Source of the DNA: Candidatus Woesearchaeota archaeon UBA525
Lineage (GTDB): Archaea > Nanobdellota > Nanobdellia > Woesearchaeales > UBA525
Direction of reading: 5' to 3'
DNA length: 64,000 nt
NCBI GenBank assembly: GCA_002498125.1
Contig: DAGG01000027.1
Coordinates: 35,862-99,861, forward strand
The translations under genes and the position numbers were made by a program. Below, in pieces: positions 1 through 10,253 of this stretch. The notes below the pieces were generated by a model. It made no database searches. It was given only the letters and a program-made list of their open reading frames with translations, and had not been told where the DNA came from. Numbering within the stretch: position 1 is the first letter of the stretch; each line of letters begins with the position of its first letter.

Positions 1-723
1 TTCAGGAACCTCGCCTGTTTCGAGTTCTGGTCCAGGCGTTTCCAGACCAGGTGGTGTATGGAGAGCACGACTATGGCGATGGTCATGAGCCCTGCGAGGC
101 TCATCCAGAGGTTTGCGTAGTGGAAGCTCGCGAGGTTGAGGTAGTAGCCGAGGCCCTCGAGGTGGTACGTGGTGGTGCCGTAGGTGATGTACTCGCTCGC
201 GATGAGGAAGTACCATCCGCTGCCAAAGGAGAGGATGCTGCCGGCGATGAGTGGTGGGTAGATGCTCGGCAGCACGACGTGCTTGATGTAGGCCATCCTC
301 CGCAGGCCGAAGATCGCCGCCATGTCATGCATGTGCTGCGGTATGGCTTTGACGCCGGCGATGACGCCGAACACGATGCTCCATGCCATGCTCATGAAGA
401 GCGCGATCACTGTCGCTGTCGTCATGCCGAACACCGGCACGATGAAGAGAATGGCGAAGGGGAAGACCGCGAGCACTGGGACTGACTGCGCGATGTCCAG
501 GAGCGGGATGATGATGTCACCTGCGCGCTGATTCATCGCCGCGAAGATGCCTACAGCCAGGCCGAAGGCGAGGCAGATAAAGTAGGTCATGATGAGCCTT
601 GAGAGGCTGGCTATGGCGTAGTAGGGGAGAAGACGCGTCTGCGGGAACTGCCACGCCTTGAAGAGCACGAACGCATAGAGAGCGAGACCTAATAGTATCC
701 AGACTGCCTTCCCACCTCTCATG
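1..723 (-). CDS. ABC transporter permease, SsuC/TauC-like, partial (C-terminus beyond window start)
   Basis: Manual minus-strand translation from ATG (revcomp 721-723) gives a polytopic membrane protein with a permease-like segment IPLLDIAQSVPVLAVFPFAILFI, open to the window edge. It is absent from the ORF track because no stop falls inside the window. Confidence 0.5.
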
Positions 724-992
724 GGCTTTTTCTACGAGGAGGAGTATATAAAGGTTATTTGAGAGGGAGATGCCCTATAGCATGGAACGCTGCCTTGGAA
801 TAGACCTGAGCTGCCGCGACAACGAGGTGCGCAGCATCGAAGTTGACAGTGCGGCAGCGAAACAAGGTTCGAAGGATGCTTTGCGCTCGCAGAGGGCAAA
901 GCTCGGAATGAAATGACGATGAGAATATGTTCCGCAGCGGAAGAGAACACGAAAAAATTAACTAAATCAAGAACACAGAGAGAAAAAGAAAG

Positions 993-1448
993 TTACTTGC
1001 CCTTCTTGACCTTGGTCTTCGGCGTCTCAGTCTTCGGCGCCTCAGACTGCGACACGCGCACCTTAGGCAGGGGCACAGGCGAAGGCAGGTTCAGGTCCTT
1101 GGCCACGATGAGCGCCTGCAAGTTGCAGCGGTCCAGGACGTGGTTCATGAGCGGCTCTGCCACGACGTTGGGCAGGCGACGCGAGGCTTTCCAGCCAGCG
1201 AGGAGCTCGTCGCTCTGCTTGCTGTCCACCAGGACGATAACATCGCCCTCGAACTGGAGCGTAGCGAAGTCAGGAGCATAAGTGCTCGTGAACTGGAACG
1301 ATACGCGGATCGCGCCCTTAGTCGCGATGCCGAGCTTAGTCTCCGCGACATCCTTGATCGTGATGTTGTTGCTGATATTGATCTGGCCGACGACCGCTTT
1401 CTTGCGCTCTGCGCTGATTTTCGTGAAATTGAATCCTACGATGCTCAT
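993..1448 (-). CDS. hypothetical protein (lysine-rich C-terminal tail)
   Basis: ORF 993..1478; the likely internal start is MSIVGFNF. No recognisable motif. Confidence 0.35.
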   Translation of the reverse strand: MSIVGFNFTKISAERKKAVVGQINISNNITIKDVAETKLGIATKGAIRVSFQFTSTYAPDFATLQFEGDVIVLVDSKQSDELLAGWKASRRLPNVVAEPLMNHVLDRCNLQALIVAKDLNLPSPVPLPKVRVSQSEAPKTETPKTKVKKGK

Positions 1449-1585
1449 GTGTTCACCTTCGGTAATACCAACACCCAAGCCACCACAGGGTCATTTATAA
1501 ACATTGTGGGCGACATTATAAATCAAGTCCTGAAGTTTCAGATTCTGCGAAGCAGGTTTAAAAGGCGCCGAGTGTTGGGCACAGC

Positions 1586-1837
1586 ATGACCAAGCTCAAC
1601 GTGATAATCTACACTATGCACGACTGCCCGTTCTGCCAGCGTGCGAAGGACATCCTGGATGAGCTGAAAGTCCCCTATGACGAGCGCAATGTCTCTGAGA
1701 GCATCAAGTACCGCCAGGATCTCCTCAAGCGCACGAAAGAGGATAAGCTCCCCACGCTCATCATCAATGAGCAGGTGCTCGTGAAACCCGGAGAGGACAA
1801 ATTACGCGCGACGCTCAACTTTGAGAAGCATCGTTGA
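1586..1837 (+). CDS. glutaredoxin-like protein
   Basis: CPFC active site within a YTMHDCPFCQRAK context; thioredoxin-fold size. Confidence 0.75.
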   Translation: MTKLNVIIYTMHDCPFCQRAKDILDELKVPYDERNVSESIKYRQDLLKRTKEDKLPTLIINEQVLVKPGEDKLRATLNFEKHR

Positions 1838-2132
1838 GCTCGTAGGCACGCTGAGGCGTGATGTCACGCTTGCGCGCGATATCAGCAACCTCGAGCTGAC
1901 GTGATACGGGCTCATGCGAGAACCGCTTGAACTGTGCGACATTGTCCTGCAAGTAGTGCGCGAGCTCCTCGCGCTCCTTAGCAGACATCTCCTCATTCTT
2001 CACCTTGCGGTCCAGTGAGGACACCATCTCGCCGAGTATCCTCTCATCCACATGCTGGTAGCCGCGGAGCTTGTTGTAGTACAGCGTAGAGAACCTGTCC
2101 TCTATCGCCTGCTGTACTTTCTTCCTGCCCAT
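1815..2132 (-). CDS. hypothetical protein
   Basis: ORF 1815..2171 with probable start MGRKKVQQ. Confidence 0.35.
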   Translation of the reverse strand: MGRKKVQQAIEDRFSTLYYNKLRGYQHVDERILGEMVSSLDRKVKNEEMSAKEREELAHYLQDNVAQFKRFSHEPVSRQLEVADIARKRDITPQRAYELNDASQS

Positions 2133-2194
2133 GCGTCCGAGGCTGGCAGGGAAGATTATAAAGGTTCGCAAGGAGGATTTTTAAACGCGCAGCG

Positions 2195-2914
2195 ATGCGG
2201 CAGAACATGATCAAGCTGATCTGTCTAGACATCGAAGGTGTCATCATGGACTCGCAGGCATTCTGGCTCCGCCTGCACGAAGCCTACGGAACGCTCGAGC
2301 AAGGCAAGGAACTCACCCAGAAGTACGTCAAGACAGACTACGCCAGGCTCGTGGAAGAGGTCGTGGTGAAGCTCTGGAAAGGACGCGATGAGCGAATCTA
2401 CCACAACCTCGTGCGCTCTATAGAATACAATCCCGGCGCGAAGGAGCTCTTCGAAGAGCTCGACCAGTTCAAGGACGCGCACGGCCACACCATCTCTCGC
2501 GCAGCGATCAGCGGCAGCGCCTATGAACTCGCCGACCGCGTGAACAAGGACCACGGCATCACATTCATCTTCGCAAACCAGCTCCTCTTCGAAGATGACA
2601 AAGTGAGCGGCAAGTTCAAATGGCCTGTCGGCCATGGCGGTTACACAAAACAGCAGATCATCGAGCAACTCTGCGATGACCTCGAAATACTGCCGAGCGA
2701 AGTCCTCGTCATCGGCGACAGCGAAGGCGACATCGAGGCGATGAGGATTGCGGGCGTGAGCATAGCGTTCAATGCAAAGACTGACGATGTGAAAGCGATT
2801 GCGACATACACTGTTGACTCGAAAGACCTAACGAATCTCGTGCCTGTGCTGCGGAAGATACGCGAAGAGGCAGGTGTCGGGAGTTCGACAGAGGAACCGG
2901 GAAGCACACCGTAA
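2195..2914 (+). CDS. HAD-superfamily phosphatase (phosphoserine phosphatase-like)
   Basis: N-terminal DIEGV (DxDGT-like) motif and C-terminal VIGDSEGDIEAM (HAD motif IV). Confidence 0.6.
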   Translation: MRQNMIKLICLDIEGVIMDSQAFWLRLHEAYGTLEQGKELTQKYVKTDYARLVEEVVVKLWKGRDERIYHNLVRSIEYNPGAKELFEELDQFKDAHGHTISRAAISGSAYELADRVNKDHGITFIFANQLLFEDDKVSGKFKWPVGHGGYTKQQIIEQLCDDLEILPSEVLVIGDSEGDIEAMRIAGVSIAFNAKTDDVKAIATYTVDSKDLTNLVPVLRKIREEAGVGSSTEEPGSTP

Positions 2915-2927
2915 GACTTGCATGCGC

Positions 2928-3944
2928 CTATCGGGCAGCAGCCATGACACGAGAGAATTCTTCCGTATAACGAGCAACGGTTCCCGCATCCCTGATGATG
3001 AGCATGTTCTCATCATTGCGAGTATTAGCCGACGCTGTTGGATTATAGCTACCGGTGATGACTGTCCTGTTGTCAATGATGATCACCTTGTGGTGCATCG
3101 TATAGCGGTTGCCATCATTGAATACGTCAAGGCCTGCATCCTGGAGCATGACGTGCTCGCTGTAAGTATCAGACTGCCTGTTCTCCACCACGCCCGATAC
3201 ATCGACGCCACGGTCGGCCGCATCAAGCATCGCCGCCCCAACAGGGTCTGATGTGAACGTGAAGAGCATGAATGAGACGTTGCTACGAGAAGCACGTATT
3301 TCGCTCAACATCGCCGCCTCGCATGATTCCTGCGGGCAGAACCGCTGCTCCACCTCAACCCCGCCCAGACGCACGATGCGCGGCGATGGTGGGCGTTTGA
3401 CGTATGTACTATCGGTGCGCGACGCAAGCTCCTCGTACTCCTGCATGTAGCGCCGCGCCAATGTCGGAGAAACGATGATGACGAGATTATTATCATTGCG
3501 CTCGACATCGTTGATGGTCGGATTCATTGAGCCGGTGATGACGGTGTTCCCGATGACGCAGAACTTGTCATGCATGAGCCCCTTCGATGGGACTGATTCC
3601 ACAGCAAGCCCCTGGACCTTCGCAGCATTGTCCTCGTCGACGAGCACACGCGCATCCTGCGCAGCGAGCGCAGCGATGATCGCCGGATGGTTGAGCTCGT
3701 AGAACGCGCAGTACGGCCGCGTCTCGAGCGCTGCGATGAAGACTGCAGCACAGTCAGCGGTCCTGCACATGACCACCTCTACACTACCTTCCTCTTCGAT
3801 GATCACAGTGCCGAACGCGTCAGGGATGAGGAACACTTTGACTGCGGCGAAGATGACTCCCAGGAGAACCACCGTTCCCATAATGATGAGGACAGTGAGG
3901 AGAGGAGAAGGTCCTGGCCGGTGCTCATCTTCCATCTTCTTCAT
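2928..3944 (-). CDS. phospholipase D-family protein (two HKD motifs), membrane anchored
   Basis: Two HxK(x)4D-type motifs (HHKVIIID..GSYN and HDKFCVIGN..GSMN) and an N-terminal TM helix. Confidence 0.7.
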   Translation of the reverse strand: MKKMEDEHRPGPSPLLTVLIIMGTVVLLGVIFAAVKVFLIPDAFGTVIIEEEGSVEVVMCRTADCAAVFIAALETRPYCAFYELNHPAIIAALAAQDARVLVDEDNAAKVQGLAVESVPSKGLMHDKFCVIGNTVITGSMNPTINDVERNDNNLVIIVSPTLARRYMQEYEELASRTDSTYVKRPPSPRIVRLGGVEVEQRFCPQESCEAAMLSEIRASRSNVSFMLFTFTSDPVGAAMLDAADRGVDVSGVVENRQSDTYSEHVMLQDAGLDVFNDGNRYTMHHKVIIIDNRTVITGSYNPTASANTRNDENMLIIRDAGTVARYTEEFSRVMAAAR

Positions 3945-3973
3945 CAGATGAACAGAAACGCAGTGGCTTTAAG

Positions 3974-4405
3974 TCACTTGCTGTCCTTGCGCAGGAGATC
4001 TGCCGCCGCCTTAAGCCTGTCAGCGCTGCGGGCAAGGGAGAGGAACGTCTGCGGCTGCTTCCGGGCGATTCTCGAAAGCATCTCCCGCACATCGTCATGC
4101 TCTTCGCGTAAGACGGCAATGCTATGCTGCTGCGCGAACCCGATGATATCATCCTCAGGGATCGTGTTGAGGAGGAACGGTCCTTCCGGCGGATCACACT
4201 CCTCCATGAACGATGCGAGGAACGCAGAGCCGTACGCCTCAAGACTCATCAGGCGCACTGAAGGCGCCCCATCCTTGACAGCGAAGTCAGGATGGTCAGC
4301 TAACAGGAGCTTCGCAACTGCCATCTGCATCGCGTTACCATCGAGCGAGACGCACTTGGGCACCGCGCGGAGTTCCTGGCGGAAGCGCTGTTTGATATCC
4401 ATCAT
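3974..4405 (-). CDS. hypothetical protein
   Basis: Clean ORF in an operon-like arrangement with the downstream secreted protein. Confidence 0.35.
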   Translation of the reverse strand: MMDIKQRFRQELRAVPKCVSLDGNAMQMAVAKLLLADHPDFAVKDGAPSVRLMSLEAYGSAFLASFMEECDPPEGPFLLNTIPEDDIIGFAQQHSIAVLREEHDDVREMLSRIARKQPQTFLSLARSADRLKAAADLLRKDSK

Positions 4406-6264
4406 CTCCCTGCCACCGAGGCGCTGGAATCGAGGAACGGCGCATAGATACGCGCATCATAGAACTGCAGGTCCATCTCAACAGTCTTGCGCAACGCATC
4501 GAGATGTTTCGACGGAGCGATCTTCGCTTCAGCGATGACCGCGTTATGGACTGCTTTGATCGCCACGCCATCAACGAGATGGTACTGGCCCGCGTGGCGG
4601 AGTACAGCGATGCGTGTATATGCCGCATCAGCAGGAGTGGCCACGCGTCGTGGAAGCGGAGAAACCACCCCATCCCAGTAGACCACCGGCGATGTCCGTT
4701 CGATCCTGTCCTCGAATTTTTCGAAGAACTCCTCTGACTGGCCTAGCGGTAGGAGCACGCGCGTACCGGCCGGTATCGTGATGTCGCCAATATCGATACC
4801 CTTTTCCGGATACAGGTTGAAATGCCTGAAGTGGGAGTTGTAGCGCTTGAATTCCTCGTTCGACTTGAAGAACGGACGCAACTCCTTCGCCTTCAAGGAA
4901 CGCTTGCCCCTGTAATCAATAGTGACCTGGTCTGCCTCGAATATACGCGAGTCATATTGAGTAAGGCGTTCACGCAGGAGCTGCATGATCGAGAGCGTGC
5001 GCGGCACATACTTCGCGGATTCTATCTTGAACCCTGTGTCATTGTGCGGCAAGCGCCATCCTACCCTGATCATCCATGAACGCTGCACGAGCGATAGAGG
5101 AGCCTCGAAGTCATCATTGGGGTCGCAGAGGATCTCCGGTGTGAAGCCATACTCCGTGGCGATCACTTGCGCGATATCTGAATCGGCCTGTTCTACCTCG
5201 GACGTGTAGAGCGCTCGTGACTTCCAGCCGTTGCCTGGCCCGTGATGATACGCACCTAACCCGTCGGTAAGCGATCCCATGATGAATGAGTACTCGCGTA
5301 CCGTCGGGGCTGACGCGTCGACAGGGAGGAGTGGATGAAAGACCTCGTTGATGTGCGGCCTCGCAGGCTCCTTGAACGATACAATCTTGCGCGTCTTCGT
5401 CTTGCCTTTCACCTTGAACTTCTCAGTCCTGACGCTCTTCACCGGCTTCTCTGCGACGAGCCCTTGTCGCTTCGCCTCTTCATAGCCGAGTTGGAACGGC
5501 CCTTCGTATCCGAGATGCGAGATGCGGTCGATACTAAAGTCGGTCTCCTGGATGGTGTTGGCCCAGATGAGACCGTCGAGTCCTGCCGCCTCTGACCGCT
5601 GCGTAAAATATGTCGCATACGGACGCACACGTTCAATCGCGGCTGCGATAGTATCGGCAGAGCCCACGCGGTAACCGATATCCGCGCGCGTTATCTTGCG
5701 CGTAACAGCCTTTCCATCTTCCTCCACAGTGATTCTCTTGTCCCCAAGGTCGTTCACCATACGGTCGAGCAGGCCGCTCGCAGCCACCATCATGAGTTCA
5801 CGGCGTGTTCCTGTGTCGCTTGTCGTCTCCCATATCACGCGCGCCCTACCTTCTGGGAGCGTGAACTTCGCGATCGGGGTGTCGGAGCCATAGGTGAACA
5901 CGACCTCATCGCTTCGCACCCGGGCGTTGAGATAGTACTCGAACGCTACGCGCTTCGTGATCTGCGGCATGCGCTCCTCTGTCTCATAGAAGCCGTTCCC
6001 GTCGGCGAAGAGTGAATGCTTGAGCGTCGTGGCTTCCGGGCGTGCAGCGATGTGCTCAAGTACAGGTGCGAAGGCAACGGGTTGCTCGATATGGCTCGTG
6101 CTGAATTGCCCAAACGCTGTGCGCTGGTTACGTGTCGCTGCAAAAGCAGCGGGTGCGAAGGCGGGAGAGAGCATCGCACCAAGGAGTATCGCTACCAGTG
6201 TCCTTTTCCCCATGTATCCTGGCGTGCGCGCGATGTTTAAGAGAGTATCGGATTTTCCCGTCAA
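4402..6264 (-). CDS. secreted hypothetical protein (620 aa)
   Basis: N-terminal signal peptide (LVAILLGAMLSPAFAPAAFAAT); no recognised catalytic motif. Confidence 0.5.
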   Translation of the reverse strand: MTGKSDTLLNIARTPGYMGKRTLVAILLGAMLSPAFAPAAFAATRNQRTAFGQFSTSHIEQPVAFAPVLEHIAARPEATTLKHSLFADGNGFYETEERMPQITKRVAFEYYLNARVRSDEVVFTYGSDTPIAKFTLPEGRARVIWETTSDTGTRRELMMVAASGLLDRMVNDLGDKRITVEEDGKAVTRKITRADIGYRVGSADTIAAAIERVRPYATYFTQRSEAAGLDGLIWANTIQETDFSIDRISHLGYEGPFQLGYEEAKRQGLVAEKPVKSVRTEKFKVKGKTKTRKIVSFKEPARPHINEVFHPLLPVDASAPTVREYSFIMGSLTDGLGAYHHGPGNGWKSRALYTSEVEQADSDIAQVIATEYGFTPEILCDPNDDFEAPLSLVQRSWMIRVGWRLPHNDTGFKIESAKYVPRTLSIMQLLRERLTQYDSRIFEADQVTIDYRGKRSLKAKELRPFFKSNEEFKRYNSHFRHFNLYPEKGIDIGDITIPAGTRVLLPLGQSEEFFEKFEDRIERTSPVVYWDGVVSPLPRRVATPADAAYTRIAVLRHAGQYHLVDGVAIKAVHNAVIAEAKIAPSKHLDALRKTVEMDLQFYDARIYAPFLDSSASVAGR

Positions 6265-6482
6265 TAAAAAGCGGAATTTACACAGATGTTCGTCAAACTG
6301 AGGTGACGAAAAAACCTATATTCTGTAACCATTGAATAATAGTGTCAAATCAGAAAAGTATAAATACCCCGCATAGAATGCCTAAATTATCAGCTAAAGA
6401 GCTGGTTTAACTCACCTCTTTTTCCCGGGAAGGTTCGTTGGAGGGCAACTTCCAACGACCTTTCAGGGCCTTCTGGAATGCC

Positions 6483-8210
6483 TCAAGAACGACGCTTTCT
6501 CATCGCGTACTTCCCCAAGAAGAATATCGCGACACCGGCACCGAAGACAGCGCCGAGACTGAAGAGGATTAATCCCTCGAGCACATGTGGCGGAATGTAG
6601 AACCGCTCCTCGCGCGGGAAGTAGATATCGAGATTGGAGAGCTCGAGCGCGTACTCCGAGAACGTCAGCGCACTATATGGATTGTCCTTGCGCAGGTCGC
6701 TCGCGTACTGCATGTAACTGTAGCCAAGGATGGGGAAGAAACCCTTATCCTGCTGCTTCTTGAGGATGAAGAGGTCTGCGTCGAGCTTCTGCTGCACGAG
6801 CGCATCCACACTGGCGCGGTCGACGGAGATCGCGTTAGCGAGCAGGTTCGCCTGTGCCTTGGATTTAGAAGCGGTGAAGATGCACAGTATCGGCTCGACA
6901 GCGGCCAAGCGTTTCGCCTCTTCGAGGAGGGTGTGGCTCTCGAGCACGGCCTGCGGAGCATAGAGTTCCACATAGCTGATGCGCTCCTCTGCCTCGCTGA
7001 TCTTGCTCAGGCATGCGCGCTGCAGGTAGAGTGGATCAAGCTGCACCGGTGTGCTGTCCATACCGAAGAACGTGCTCCAGCTGTGCGCGCTCAAGAGACG
7101 CTCCTGTGCGTACGCGAGAGAGTCACCGTCCGGATTGAGCGCGTCGACGGTATCGAGCAACTGCTGCGCCTCGCGCACGCGTTCCATCACTATGGCATAG
7201 GTCTCCAGGTCACCGATGGTCTCGATGGACCGTTCGCGTGTCTGCGTATCGAGCTCCTGCACCTGCACGCGTAATGCACGGTAGAGGTCGTGACGCGTGG
7301 TGTTGCTTGTGTTCTGCAGTAAGAGTCGCGCAAGCTCGATGTTCTTGCTGAAGCACAAGGATGCGCGGGAGTATGGGTTGCCGTTCACGTGCTCAATGCG
7401 CTGCGTGTAGTTGTTCGTATCATTGTATACTCTACCCATGGCCGCGACATCAGTCTCGAGCTCGGCACTACGGTCGCAGATCTCTGCCGAGATGCCACCC
7501 ATGCGCTCCGCGTACTCTTGCGGAACGACGAGATCAGGAAGCTCCTTGCGGTAGTCCTTGCCTGTGAACTCGTAGAGCGCCTCCTCGACTGTGCTGACGC
7601 GCACAACAGTCACCCGGTCATCGGAGAGCGTTGCGTCCACGCCATTCTGGAGCGGCAGCTGATCAGGCATTGACACATTTGTCGCATTGCTGGTATTGTC
7701 GGGGCTGGTCAGCGCGGGGATGAGCACCTTGCTGATGCCGGCGGATCTCGCGCCGCTCACCTTCGCAGTCACACCCGCCACAGGGCCGATGATGCCGCCG
7801 CTGTTGATCGTGCCAGTCATGGCAGTCTCCTGATCCAGCGGTTCATTGTCGAGCACGGCGACGGTAAGGACGGTGATGGCTGCTCCTGCGCTCGGCCCGC
7901 CGACTATGGCGCTGTTCGCGCGGATAGTGTAGAAGAAGTCGTAGCGGCCGCAGTCGACCTGCAGCATGTCGCACGCTATCTTATTCGCGTAGCGGACGCT
8001 CGCCTGCGTGTCGACACGCGTGAGCGGGAAACTATCGATGAATATCGCTCCGTTGCCAGGCCTGACCACGAGGTACAGATCTGCGGTACCACCTCGCAGG
8101 GTGCCTTCATCGGCGACAGTGAGAAGCGTGATATGTCCTGATTGCGCGTGCGCTGCAGCTACGAGGATGAGCGACAAGAGAAGGAGCATGGCAAATCGTG
8201 CGGCGTCCAT
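6483..8210 (-). CDS. S16 Lon-type peptidase domain protein, secreted/membrane anchored (no AAA module)
   Basis: GPSAGAA serine motif typical of the Lon proteolytic domain; N-terminal signal peptide; C-terminal TM helix plus basic tail. Confidence 0.55.
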   Translation of the reverse strand: MDAARFAMLLLLSLILVAAAHAQSGHITLLTVADEGTLRGGTADLYLVVRPGNGAIFIDSFPLTRVDTQASVRYANKIACDMLQVDCGRYDFFYTIRANSAIVGGPSAGAAITVLTVAVLDNEPLDQETAMTGTINSGGIIGPVAGVTAKVSGARSAGISKVLIPALTSPDNTSNATNVSMPDQLPLQNGVDATLSDDRVTVVRVSTVEEALYEFTGKDYRKELPDLVVPQEYAERMGGISAEICDRSAELETDVAAMGRVYNDTNNYTQRIEHVNGNPYSRASLCFSKNIELARLLLQNTSNTTRHDLYRALRVQVQELDTQTRERSIETIGDLETYAIVMERVREAQQLLDTVDALNPDGDSLAYAQERLLSAHSWSTFFGMDSTPVQLDPLYLQRACLSKISEAEERISYVELYAPQAVLESHTLLEEAKRLAAVEPILCIFTASKSKAQANLLANAISVDRASVDALVQQKLDADLFILKKQQDKGFFPILGYSYMQYASDLRKDNPYSALTFSEYALELSNLDIYFPREERFYIPPHVLEGLILFSLGAVFGAGVAIFFLGKYAMRKRRS

Positions 8211-8803
8211 CAGCTGCCCTTATTGCGCCCTCGCGCCTCAACCTTGCGCAGCCGCTCGATAACCTTCTCCGCGTCCTTGGAATCGCGATACCCCTTGAGG
8301 AAGTGACGGTAGGCGATTGCCAGCACGCGGTGGTGCTTGCTCTCGAGGCTCTGCTTGAAGAGATGTAAGTCCACGGCCTTGTCCTCCTCACGCATCGAGC
8401 TGTAGCCCAGGCCGAAATCGATGAACGTGAGGCGGTGCGTCTCCTTGTCATAGATCATGTTGCTCGTGGTGAGGTCGGCATGGATGATGTGCGCCTCGTG
8501 GAGCTTTGCGAGCATGCGGCCCACCTGGTGGCAGATGATTGGGTCCTCGTCGAGGACTTCTTTCACAGCCACGCCCTTTATCTCGCTGAGGAGGAGCGTG
8601 GTGGCATCGATGGTCCTGACATCAGGCACCTGGACGCCGACAGTTTTCGCCTTCTCCAAAAGGCGCGCCTCATGGCGAGTGCGTGAACGCCGCAGCTCGT
8701 CATCGAGCTTCGGGTGGCGATAAGTCTTTGCAGGACGGGACTTAAGGATGCCTTCGGCGGTGCGTGTGAGTACTGCTTCAGCGCCCATGCCGATGAGAGT
8801 CAT
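8210..8803 (-). CDS. bud32: Bud32/PRPK-type KEOPS kinase
   Basis: ADLTTSNMIYD and FIDFGLGY kinase motifs; 197 aa archaeal Bud32 size. Confidence 0.75.
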   Translation of the reverse strand: MTLIGMGAEAVLTRTAEGILKSRPAKTYRHPKLDDELRRSRTRHEARLLEKAKTVGVQVPDVRTIDATTLLLSEIKGVAVKEVLDEDPIICHQVGRMLAKLHEAHIIHADLTTSNMIYDKETHRLTFIDFGLGYSSMREEDKAVDLHLFKQSLESKHHRVLAIAYRHFLKGYRDSKDAEKVIERLRKVEARGRNKGS

Positions 8804-8878
8804 CTCATACCGGGGGGGCCTGAGCTTTTTATGTGTTTGTTAATAAATGTCCAATTTAAAAACATTGAAAAGACAGGA

Positions 8879-9217
8879 ATGCCCTGCGACTACATGACCA
8901 AGTACAACGTGCCAATCCGCCGGAAGAAGCAGTTTGCCCGCCTGCTCGAGGAGATTGGCGCAGCACTCGATATCGACACTGCCGCGTATTGGTCCTACAG
9001 ACATAGTGGCTTATCGTTCTGCAGTGGCCCCTACGAGAGGTGCATCGCACAATACCTTGATCGGTACCGGCATCCGACCCGCATCGAAATCAAGGCCGCA
9101 CGAGAGGGCCTAGAACTCAAAGTGACAGTGGAAAAGGACAAAGCCTGTATTGAGATAGTCCCCCCATCAAAGGAAGCGGAGAGGATACTGGCGCTCTATA
9201 CTGCTTTCGTCATCTAG
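8879..9217 (+). CDS. hypothetical protein
   Basis: Internal Met start (MPCDYMTKY) of ORF 8714..9217. Confidence 0.3.
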   Translation: MPCDYMTKYNVPIRRKKQFARLLEEIGAALDIDTAAYWSYRHSGLSFCSGPYERCIAQYLDRYRHPTRIEIKAAREGLELKVTVEKDKACIEIVPPSKEAERILALYTAFVI

Positions 9218-9517
9218 GTCGGCGGCTGCGGAACACCTGTGCTTGCGCAGGTCGTCGCGTGAGGCCTCCGGCACCTCTCGCTCCTGAATCGTTCCAAGGC
9301 AGCCAAGCCTTTCAGACGCGGTCCGTACCGTAGGCAGCTTTTTAAATCAAACTCCACTTTCTGACTTTACCCTGTGTCTTAAGCTCCACCGAGACCGCCT
9401 CGTGCGGACTGTGAGGGCGCACTCGGTTCCTCAAGAACCGGTGCCGTAGTTCTCACGAACTACGGAGCGAGTACCACAGGGCCCCTTTCCAATCTTGGTG
9501 CAAACCGGAGATGTCTT

Positions 9518-9712
9518 ATGGCAATGGTCAATGTCACACCTCGGCGGCCGAGCATCATCGGCGTCTTCATCGGCGCAGCGCTACTCGTCCTAGGAGTCTG
9601 GCTGCTCTACACTGAATGGAAGAATCTCCTCCCTCTCCTGAAAATCTTCGGCGGGTTCTTCCTCGTCCTGTTCGGACTCGGCGTGCTCACCGCTTCTGCT
9701 GCGAGAAGGTAG
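9518..9712 (+). CDS. small membrane protein (2 TM)
   Basis: 64 aa with two hydrophobic helices. Confidence 0.4.
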   Translation: MAMVNVTPRRPSIIGVFIGAALLVLGVWLLYTEWKNLLPLLKIFGGFFLVLFGLGVLTASAARR

Positions 9713-9952
9713 TCATCCCCAGCTCCACTTCGGCGGCTCGCCCTTGCGGTAGCAGATAATGAGCAGAATGCCGATGATGAGAGCGATCACTGCCATACCA
9801 ATATCCGGCCGGTCTTCGAAGTATAGGGCGGAAAGCCCAATTGCTACGACTGCCCCAGCAGTGACGTACCATCCTTCTCTAGTCGCTGGCGTCCATCCCC
9901 AGCCATACTTCTTGCGACGGAACCAGAGGTCTGCATCCTGTTTCAGTCTCAT
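9713..9952 (-). CDS. small membrane protein
   Basis: The ORF's hydrophobic C-terminal half; start trimmed to MRLKQDAD so it does not overlap rpp21. Confidence 0.3.
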   Translation of the reverse strand: MRLKQDADLWFRRKKYGWGWTPATREGWYVTAGAVVAIGLSALYFEDRPDIGMAVIALIIGILLIICYRKGEPPKWSWG

Positions 9953-10245
9953 GGTTTGCGTATCCTCTTGATATCCCCGCACTTGAGGCAGGCATAGACC
10001 ACAGAGGCGGGCCGCGTCCTCACGCGCAAGGTCTTTGACGTGAAATAAGAACTGCACTTACGGCAGTGGAGGCGGTTGTACTGCCGCAGCGAGACGCGGT
10101 TGCGTGATGCCGCCTTGCGCGCAATCTCCACATAGCGGTCAGCTCTGCACTGATCAGAGTGTGCAGTCTCTGCCGCGAGCGCGAAGAGCTTGTCGATATC
10201 CTTGCGCGCAGCACCCTGCTCGACACGTTTCGCTTTGCTGACCAT
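9949..10245 (-). CDS. rnp4: RNase P protein component Rpp21/Rnp4
   Basis: ADRYVEIARKAASRNRVSL...CRKCSSY...CLKCG zinc-ribbon pattern characteristic of archaeal Rpp21. Confidence 0.75.
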   Translation of the reverse strand: MVSKAKRVEQGAARKDIDKLFALAAETAHSDQCRADRYVEIARKAASRNRVSLRQYNRLHCRKCSSYFTSKTLRVRTRPASVVYACLKCGDIKRIRKP

Positions 10246-10253
10246 GCGAGCAG

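Noticed and set aside
51-485. 144-aa plus-strand ORF rich in His/Asp/Glu/Arg
   Set aside because: Antisense to the ABC permease whose membrane-protein translation is far more protein-like; low-complexity composition.
9949-10057. Overlap between ORF 9713..10057 and rpp21
   Set aside because: Resolved by using an internal Met (9952) for the membrane protein; the Rpp21 reading is strongly supported by the zinc-ribbon motif.
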